Of a DNA stretch of 40,000 nucleotides, positions 31,601-38,909 are shown piece after piece (the stretch's first letter is position 1; each line of letters starts with the position of its first letter). The notes below the pieces were generated by a model. The model was not told the origin of the DNA. It ran no database searches and saw only the letters and a list, made by a program, of their open reading frames with translations. A program made the translations under genes and the position numbers. Origin of the DNA: Methanogenium cariaci JCM 10550 (GTDB lineage Archaea; Halobacteriota; Methanomicrobia; Methanomicrobiales; Methanomicrobiaceae); the NCBI RefSeq assembly GCF_001315945.1, contig NZ_BBBG01000003.1, positions 76,468-116,467 on the forward strand. Direction: 5' to 3'.

Positions 31601-33218
31601 AGCAAAGCTGCGACTGAAATTTATGATTCAGTAATGGGTTTTGAGGATTTTGCACGATATGTTATAGGAACAAATTCAGATTCGTTTGATTGGTCTTCAA
31701 GACGATTAAAGAATTCACGACCTACTGTCATGGAGAGATACCTGAATTTTGTAGGATCATTAAATAAAGATAAGAAAAATGCTTGGGATAAATTTGAATA
31801 TCACTTTAACGCAACAAAAAATCCGATTATATCAGAAAATAATGGTGACTTTTCAATAATAATTGAGAAGAAATTCTCTGCTAGAACAATTAAGAAATAT
31901 GAGAATTTGCTATTAAGTTCTTTAAACTCAAAAGAAAAGAAAATCTTTGATAAATATGTCATTCCCTATCTTGAAAACCCACATAAATACAGAAAGGACG
32001 ACAAAAAATTCAATATTACTATAGCACAGCAATGGATTTTAAAACGAGTATTTGATTTAGGTTGGACCGAAGAGCGTTTCGGAGATTTCGATAATTGGAT
32101 GATCATTTTGAACAATCGGAATTATATCCGAGCCGCAAATAAACCTGAAAGAATTGGGAAGAAATACCAATGGATTGCATATTATGAATTTCTTGCAATC
32201 GTTTCTGATAATTTCAAACTTAAAAATGATTATTGGGGGGGAGGACAATCTTCTTTAAAATATGACGGCCCTTGGCAGTTAAATGTGAGAAATATTGATC
32301 CTTCTATTTTATCAATAAAAACCGAACCTCCAGGATGGGAATCAGATGGGTCAGAAAATAACTGGTGGTTCACAGAACAATATAACCAAAAAGAGCCGAA
32401 TGAAACAGATGAACAATGGATATCAGGTTCCAATGACCTTCCTAATGTAAAAGCATTAATCCAAGTTACTAATCCCAAAGACTGTTCTGAATGGTTGAAT
32501 TTAAATGGCATATACAATTGGTCTCAACACACGGATTCTGATGAAATTATGCATAAAACAAAGCGAGAATTGTTCTATATAATTCATGTATATATTGTGA
32601 AGAAGCAGGATAGTCAAAAAGCATTCAGATGGGCACAAAAGGTAAATTTTAAAGGACGATGGATGCCCGATCCCTTCGACTTCCATACAATTTATCTTGG
32701 GGAATTTGTGTGGTCTCCAGCGTACATCGGTACAACTGCAAATGGATATTCTGAATGGAAATTAGGACTACATTATGCAAATAATAATATTCCATGTCCA
32801 ATTCACAATCCTTGTGTAAAATATAATTGGAGTTCTGGGGGGTTATGACTGTTCTATAGAAGAAGGAATTTCAATCTCTATCCCATCCGCATGTTGATAG
32901 AAAAAATGGGTCTATCATGGAATGGAGAGGAAGGCAAATGGTTTAATAATAAGGGAGAACTTGTTGCATTCGATCCCTCAGTAAATGAGAGAGGGCCCCA
33001 ATGTTTACTGATTAATAAAAAATATTTCACTTCCTTCTTAAATGAAAATGGTTATGATATTTTTTGGGCACTGCTCGGTGAAAAAAATATAATTTCAGGA
33101 ATGCCCCCCTTCAAGCTGTTTGTATATAACTGGCGCTTACCAGTTAAAAGATAATGAAGTGATCGGTAAGAAAAAATCAACATATACTGTTTTTGATGAT
33201 GGTATAGAAAAAACCTAA
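28620..33218 (+). CDS. Giant (~1,530 aa) Mrr-like PD-(D/E)xK nuclease plus STAND-like P-loop NTPase plus large uncharacterised C-terminal region; at least 4 frame breaks
   Basis: N-terminus: FEELCAQLVS...GLPDGGVEFYW...GWQVKYF (Mrr-type D...QxK). Walker A: LLITGNAGNGKTHLL (about 29686-29715). Walker B: CLIFIDALNEGD (about 29895-29930). ORFs 28620..30011, 29942..32848 and 32891..33154 join at the C7 run 29987-93, the G6 run 32837-42, about 32889 and the C run 33103-10. The tail SSCLYITGAYQLKDNEVIGKKKSTYTVFDDGIEKT* ends at 33218. Confidence 0.7.
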
Positions 33219-33250
33219 TCTAAATATATCAACATTATTTTAATGAATAT

Positions 33251-33664
33251 TTATTTTTCTCGAATTACATATATATTTGATACCTTTATTATTGGATCTT
33301 GCACACTCCAAGTATCATAAAAATGGATTTCACTTTCAAATATTTCATTCGGTTTAAAATCGTTTATTTCAAATTCTTTGCATTGAAGTTCTTTTGTTCC
33401 TTTAGAATTCAGCATTGTAACCTTGAAATGAACATCCTCAATAACATGACCATTATTTATTGCAACAATTTGAATCGGATAATCAAAACGCTGTATACCT
33501 GCACGTCCAAGGTCAGATAAAGAATTCATATTATGCTCTAAAAGTGTAGTTTCAATTGAAATATTCTCTGTTGGAGTCAATTCGTATGTGACACATCCAG
33601 GAATAAATATTACAAGAAATGATGAAAGAAGAACTAAGATCTTAAAGAATTTCATATATGACAA
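33251..33664 (-). CDS. Putative lipoprotein/secreted protein (cargo)
   Basis: 137-aa ORF: MKFFKILVLLSSFLVIFIPGC (signal peptide with a lipobox-like Cys). Confidence 0.45.
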   Translation of the reverse strand: MSYMKFFKILVLLSSFLVIFIPGCVTYELTPTENISIETTLLEHNMNSLSDLGRAGIQRFDYPIQIVAINNGHVIEDVHFKVTMLNSKGTKELQCKEFEINDFKPNEIFESEIHFYDTWSVQDPIIKVSNIYVIREK

Positions 33665-33815
33665 TAGATTTATGCATATTATAAGATACCCTACAATAGC
33701 TAATATGTTTTGAAGATATTATGGGATCATTTTCCGGCAAATGTTTAGGAAAGGAGTTTTAGTTTATAATAATTGAGAACTCCTTTAAATTTAATTTAAT
33801 CGTAAATCTTAACGG

Positions 33816-34013
33816 TTAGAAATATCTACTGACAATCCCGATAACACCAAGTCCTCCAAAGATAAGCCCAATACCAACTCCACCCCAAATTGCGAGTTGT
33901 CCTGCTGTGGCGTTAACGTCGGTGGCACTTAATATAATTCCAGCAATGATCAGGACAGGTACTATTCCTACTCCTTTCATACCGAGGCCAAATATTTTTT
34001 GAGTCATGTTCAC
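33816..34013 (-). CDS. Small Gly-rich two-TM membrane protein (cargo)
   Basis: 65-aa ORF: GVGIVPVLIIAGIILSA...LAIWGGVGIGLIFGGLGVIGIV. Confidence 0.4.
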   Translation of the reverse strand: MNMTQKIFGLGMKGVGIVPVLIIAGIILSATDVNATAGQLAIWGGVGIGLIFGGLGVIGIVSRYF

Positions 34014-34109
34014 CTCCCGTTCAATTTTTTTACGTGTTTTTTTGTAGAACCTGAAATATCAATAAAAGTTTCATTATAGCATCATTAACATCTTTAGCAT
34101 TGTGAGTAT

Positions 34110-34906
34110 ATGGCTGGAATTGAAAAGACAATTCATATCATCCCACTGGGTCACGAAATTGATCGTGCGGTAATCCCATTTGATGATACGACAGTTGATC
34201 ATGTTTACATCCTTACCGGGCTCAAAGAAACAAATTCCCGAATGGATTTGAGTAAAAAACAACAATATTATGCTAAAAAAGTAAGAGACAAATTACAGGA
34301 AAAAGGCATATTTGTAACATGTATTCATATAAATCTCTTCGATTTACGTGAAGTAATGAAAACAATTTCAAAAATAATCGTAGAAGAAAAAGCAAAAAAT
34401 AACCGTATTTTTGTAAATATGTCCGCTGCAGGGAGACTAACATCAGTGGCAGCAACACTTGTTGGAATGGCTCATGATGTTCAAGTGTATTATGTCCATG
34501 CTGATGAATATCCTGATGATGAAGAAATCAGAAAAATTCATGGTTTGAGCATCTGTTCTTCTCAGGAAATTACGCAATTATCAAATTTTAAAATTGTAAT
34601 GCCTGATCCTGAAGATTTAGAAATACTTCTTTTCCTTACTAAAAGAGATACGGCCAGAATGAGCGATATTTTGGAAATGATGCATGAAAAAAATATTGAA
34701 GGTTTCGAGGAGGATTTTAAGAAAATTGAACAATCTCAGAAAAAAAGAAGAGTTCAGAGCAGGCAATTAATGAAGCTGGATAAAACGATTATCGCTCGGT
34801 TAAAAAAAATGGATTTGTTTCTCGAACCAAAAAGGGCAAATATACTTATGTTTCAATAACCGAATCAGGAAATTATGCAGCACATATCAGTGGTATGATG
34901 GAATAA
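34110..34906 (+). CDS. Csa3/CARF-like Rossmann N-domain plus C-terminal wHTH regulator (HFX_2341/DUF6293-like); frame break at the A8 run 34803-34810
   Basis: N-terminus: KTIHIIPLGHEIDRAVIPF...VYILTG...IFVNMSAAGRLTSVAATLVG. After the A run, my translation gives GFVSRTKKGKYTYVSITESGNYAAHISGMME* (wHTH wing). Confidence 0.5.
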
Positions 34907-34992
34907 TTACTATTATTGATATACACAATTCTATTTTCAGAAGAATGCATCGCTATGCGTTTTTTCTAACAGAACAGTGAAAGTGATTTTAA

Positions 34993-35025
34993 AATAGTGG
35001 CGTTTTTCACAACTAACTATAACCC
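34993..35025. repeat. Right terminal inverted repeat of the casposon
   Basis: AATAGTGGCGTTTTTCACAACTAACTATAACCC is the exact reverse complement of 20127-20159. Confidence 0.9.
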
Positions 35026-35042
35026 CCCCGCATTTGTTTTTT
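35026..35042. repeat. Right copy of the target-site duplication (attR-like, retains a tRNA 3'-end-like CCCCGCA)
   Basis: CCCCGCATTTGTTTTTT versus 20110-20126. The exact C count is unreliable. Confidence 0.65.
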
Positions 35043-35071
35043 GGGTAATAGTTATCTTGTAATTTTGCAAC
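35043..35071. repeat. Degenerate second left-TIR copy
   Basis: GGGTAATAGTTATCTTGTAATTTTGCAAC versus GGGTTATAGTTAGTTGTGAAAAACGCCAC. The first 12 nt are 11/12 identical. Similarity beyond that needs one indel. Confidence 0.5.
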
Positions 35072-35110
35072 TTTTAATAGTTCTTGATTCATTGAAATGC
35101 ATTTTTCATA

Positions 35111-35500
35111 TTATAGATGCTGAAAAATCAATATGGTGTTATGCAAAATAATATTGGTGAAATATAACACCATCCCCACAAGACCAACTTGTATAGCTAC
35201 TATCACTAAATTTTGTAAATTATCTATCATCACCATTTTATTTATTAATATTTTTGCTCCCTCTACCAATCCAAAAACCAATGAAAATGCAATTAATTTG
35301 ACAAGAATGTGTAGGTAAACATTTGGAGCTATCATCACCATATATGGATTGCTTTCATGTAATCCATTACCAATATTAAGTGCAATTGTCGTTGTAATTA
35401 TATCCAAAATAAATACTAATACCAAACCAATCCAAATTATATTATTATCAAGGGTTTCTCTAAATTTATGTAAAAACTTATAAAAAATTGTTATTTTCAT
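35111..35500 (-). CDS. DUF5658-like membrane protein
   Basis: 129-aa ORF: IIWIGLVLVFILDIITTTIALNIGNGLHESNPYM (the ExNP motif typical of this archaeal membrane family). Confidence 0.5.
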   Translation of the reverse strand: MKITIFYKFLHKFRETLDNNIIWIGLVLVFILDIITTTIALNIGNGLHESNPYMVMIAPNVYLHILVKLIAFSLVFGLVEGAKILINKMVMIDNLQNLVIVAIQVGLVGMVLYFTNIILHNTILIFQHL

Positions 35501-35601
35501 CGATGTTTATCTCGTTAAAATGTAGGAGTTTCATATTATTATAATAATGTGGCCTAAATTAATGAACCATAATATTACTTGATTCGACATAACTTGTTTA
35601 T

Positions 35602-36357
35602 TCACCTCTCCCAACTTTTATAAAATCCTTGGTTAGCCGGTGAAAGAACACCTATTTCAACATCACTAGGATGTGGATTTATTTTGTTGGAATACACATA
35701 TCCAAAAATTTCTGTTTTGACATAGATAGGATCTATAGTTCTCTCACTAACTGAGATCTGGTCATTGTCTGCAAGTGACTTCACATGCCATTTTGGATTA
35801 CCCATTCTCCCTATTACATCAATATCAACCAAATATGGGAAAACATTATTATTGGTTACATTTAGGAGAAACAACCCACCTAACGCATGAAATGTTGATT
35901 TTAATGTTGCTTTTTCTTTGTTTTGAAATCTGTCATGTTTAACATCAGTATGATCCTTCCACCATTCTGGGGGGGATTTACCCAAATTCCAGTCTTTAAA
36001 TGGATAAATCTTTTCATTATTTTTCAAGTTGTACACATACTTGGAAGATAGAACGTAAAATTTATCATAGACCTCCCGATAGTCGTTCATATTTAACTTT
36101 TTATCCTGTTTTTTCTGACGATATTTCGAAATATTAGGAATCGAGTTAAATTCAGAAGAAGTGATTGAACTTTTTAGAAAAGAGTCAACGATACTTCCTA
36201 TGTCCAATAACATACTTCCTAATTGATAAGACCAAACGTCATAATGAGTAGGTGTTAAAGGTACATATCTTAGATAATTCAAAAATTCATTTTCTAATAA
36301 TTGATATTGATTCCAAGATATGGCAGAATTTGAACCCATATTAATAACTAAAAGCAA
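35602..36357 (-). CDS. Hypothetical 251-aa protein (possible Abi/HEPN-like; unproven)
   Basis: Intact AT-rich ORF: ...SPPEWWKDHTDVKHDRFQNKEKATLKSTFHALGGLFLL... No family confidently recognised. Confidence 0.35.
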   Translation of the reverse strand: MLLVINMGSNSAISWNQYQLLENEFLNYLRYVPLTPTHYDVWSYQLGSMLLDIGSIVDSFLKSSITSSEFNSIPNISKYRQKKQDKKLNMNDYREVYDKFYVLSSKYVYNLKNNEKIYPFKDWNLGKSPPEWWKDHTDVKHDRFQNKEKATLKSTFHALGGLFLLNVTNNNVFPYLVDIDVIGRMGNPKWHVKSLADNDQISVSERTIDPIYVKTEIFGYVYSNKINPHPSDVEIGVLSPANQGFYKSWER

Positions 36358-36477
36358 TTACATAAATAATGCTATTGAAAATAATATCAAAATTAGTATG
36401 CCAAAAGATTTCACTTTTATCTGCGGGGGGGTTCTAATATAACATTTCAATAACTTTTCTGTTGATTTTCTTATCCT

Positions 36478-36715
36478 TCTTCATCCTCAAAAGCGCCCCC
36501 CCGATTAATCCATCTTCTCTCTCTCCTTGTAAGGCATATTCAAAATCTCTTCCCGATATTCCAGCTCATTCACAAACACCTGTGACCTCTTCACATCAAG
36601 AACCTGTTCATTAACACTGTTTGGTCTCCTTCCCGATGTGAATCCCGCCATAAGCGACAATATGCTTTCTCTCAAGCAGGCCAATATCCCTTACCAAACA
36701 TTCACACAGCGATCT
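36478..36715 (-). pseudogene. Remnant of a casposon PolB C-terminus (frameshifted and truncated)
   Basis: Nucleotide similarity to 22301-22510, for example CCTGTTCATTAACACTGTTTGGTCTCCTTCCCGATGTGAA versus CCTGTTCATCAATGTTGTTCGCTTCCTTCCCTATGTGAG. Translation DIGLLERKHIVAYGGIHIGKE versus the PolB DVGLLERRHIVADDVAHIGKE, followed by a stop and a frame change. Confidence 0.65.
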
Positions 36716-36884
36716 ATTTTCTTCTAATAATTAACAATTTAAGTGAAATGCGATATTGTTCTTCTAAACAAATCACTCTTGTGTTCGATCCTTTATTTTC
36801 TTGAAATATCCAATAAATAATCTTCAAAAGATAGTATTCGATAAGGACATATAATGAAAGAAATAACATTAAGCTTGTATTGAA

Positions 36885-38321
36885 ATGGACTATCATAGAA
36901 TTAAAAATCTCAAAGAAAGTGATCCAACAATACGGTTGTTCAATGCCGATAATAGTCCACTAATCATTAGTTTTATTTTCCAAGCATTTAAGCAGAATAA
37001 CAAAATCACGATATCTAATGATGAGCTCGTTTCCAATCTTACCGACACAATTTATTTAATCCGAAATACTTGCGGAGAGGAATTATATCCTGATTCTGCT
37101 CAAAATTACCTTGACAATTGGGCAAATGAGGCATACTTAAGAAAATATTATCCCGCCGATAATGATGAACCCTGTTTTGAACTTACTCCATCAACTGAGA
37201 AAGCATTAGAATGGATAAAGGAGCTAGAGAATCGGGAATTTGTAGGTACTGAATCTCGGCTAATTAAAATTATTGAGATGCTGAAGGAAATTGCTTATAG
37301 AAATTCAGACAACCCAACAATACGATTAGAAGAATTAGAAAGGAAAAAAAGTGAGATTGAAGAAGAAATCAATAAAATTAATTCAGGGATACTTGAAAAA
37401 TTTAGTGATACACAAATTAAAGAACGATATTTCGATATTTACGATACCTCGAATAAATTACTCTCAGATTTTAAGCAGATTGAATACAATTTTCGCCAAC
37501 TTGATCAAGACGTCAGAAAAAAGCAGATTACCAGTGAAGTACAAAAAGGAGAGCTTTTAAATGATATTTTTTCGAGTCATGACATTCTTTCGGAGTCTGA
37601 TCAAGGGAAAAGTTTTCGAGCTTTTTGGGATTTACTGCTGTCCCAAAACAAACAGGATGAATTGGACGAATTGATCGAATTAATCGTTCATTTGCCCGAA
37701 ATTCAGGATATTAAAAGGGATGACACTCTTGACGGATTGAAAGATCATCTTATTGAAGCAGGATATAGGATCAATAACACGAATCACATACTAGTTGAGC
37801 AATTGCGAAAATACCTTGATGATAGGATTTATTTGGATAATAAACGGATTATTGAGATAATTAGGGACATTAAATCAATTGCAGTTGAAATAAAAAACAA
37901 TCCCCCAAGCAATAAAGAGATTATTACAATTCCTGATCGCCCACAAATTGAGATGATTATGGAACGTCCATTGTGGGATGTATCTATCAGTCAGGATTTG
38001 AGACAAATCGACCTTGAAGAAGGTAACTCGACATTGGTTGATACCCAACAATTGTATTCTCAATTTGATATCAATCAGGAAGAACTTAGGTCGAGAATTG
38101 ATGAATTACTTTCGATCACCTCTCAATTTACGTTGAAAACACTCATTGAAAAATATCCTGTTGAACGAGGACTCGCAGAGATTCTTATCTATGTTGATAT
38201 CGCATTAAAAAATGAGAAAGCATTTGTTAACGAAAATATTTCTGAAACGATGATCGTATGGAACAAAATATCGAATAGATATTTCGAAATTCAACTTCCT
38301 CAAATTATTATTAGTAGGTGA
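36885..38321 (+). CDS. jetA: Wadjet JetA (DUF3375, MksF-like kleisin)
   Basis: Intact 478-aa ORF: IKNLKESDPTIRLFNADNSPLIISFIFQAFKQNNKITISNDELVSNLTDTIY. This is the typical DUF3375 N-terminus, and the gene sits first in a jetABC order. Confidence 0.75.
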   Translation: MDYHRIKNLKESDPTIRLFNADNSPLIISFIFQAFKQNNKITISNDELVSNLTDTIYLIRNTCGEELYPDSAQNYLDNWANEAYLRKYYPADNDEPCFELTPSTEKALEWIKELENREFVGTESRLIKIIEMLKEIAYRNSDNPTIRLEELERKKSEIEEEINKINSGILEKFSDTQIKERYFDIYDTSNKLLSDFKQIEYNFRQLDQDVRKKQITSEVQKGELLNDIFSSHDILSESDQGKSFRAFWDLLLSQNKQDELDELIELIVHLPEIQDIKRDDTLDGLKDHLIEAGYRINNTNHILVEQLRKYLDDRIYLDNKRIIEIIRDIKSIAVEIKNNPPSNKEIITIPDRPQIEMIMERPLWDVSISQDLRQIDLEEGNSTLVDTQQLYSQFDINQEELRSRIDELLSITSQFTLKTLIEKYPVERGLAEILIYVDIALKNEKAFVNENISETMIVWNKISNRYFEIQLPQIIISR

Positions 38322-38328
38322 GAATGGT

Positions 38329-38909
38329 ATGGATAACGAGACTTTACCCTATGCTCTAGCTGTAATAAAATTATTAAAAGGCGTTGTATACAGTGACGAT
38401 AAGACCGTTTGGAATTGTCTCATTCAATACCAGCGGGATATTAAACAACATTTTTCGGGAATAGGAATTGAAGTATTTGTCCAGGAAAGCGAAGGATTTG
38501 CTTACTTAAAACAAAAAGACAGTGATCCAAGTCAGGAAGAAAACCTTCCCCCCATATTATTGAGAGAAGACAACTCAGTTATCCTGTTACTCTACTCTCT
38601 GTCCTGCTATTCGAAAAATTAATTGAATTCGATATGAAAGGTGGAGATTCTACAAGATTAATCATTGATCGTGAGGAGATCAAAGACTCTGTAAGAATAT
38701 TTCTCCCGGAAGGTTCAAACGAGGCTAAATTGACTGACAAAGTTGATAAACATATCAAAAAACTTGTAGACTTTGGTTTTTTAAGAGTACTGAGTACTGA
38801 TTCGAATAAGTTTGAAGTCAGAAGAATTCTGAAAGCAAAAATATCTGCTGATGGACTTCAGGAGATTAAAGCAAAGTTGGGGGGGGAACATGCAAAACTC
38901 CTTAATTGA
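38329..38909 (+). CDS. jetB: Wadjet JetB (DUF4194, MksE-like), frame break at the C6 run 38548-38553
   Basis: PYALAVIKLLKGVVYSDDKTVWNCLIQYQRDIKQHFSGIGIEVFVQESEGFAYLKQ. After the C run: HIIERRQLSYPVTLLLSVLLFEKLIEFDMKGGDSTRLIIDREEI... Confidence 0.72.

Larger units (their letters stand above)
20127..35025. mobile_element. Casposon (self-synthesising Cas1-dependent transposon), apparently complete, about 14.9 kb
   Basis: Perfect 33-bp TIRs at both ends, a flanking TSD, Cas1 with an intact catalytic motif set and a C-terminal HTH, family-B DNA polymerase, HNH, RHH and wHTH genes. No cas2 and no CRISPR repeats. Sharp drop in GC relative to the flank. Confidence 0.85.
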
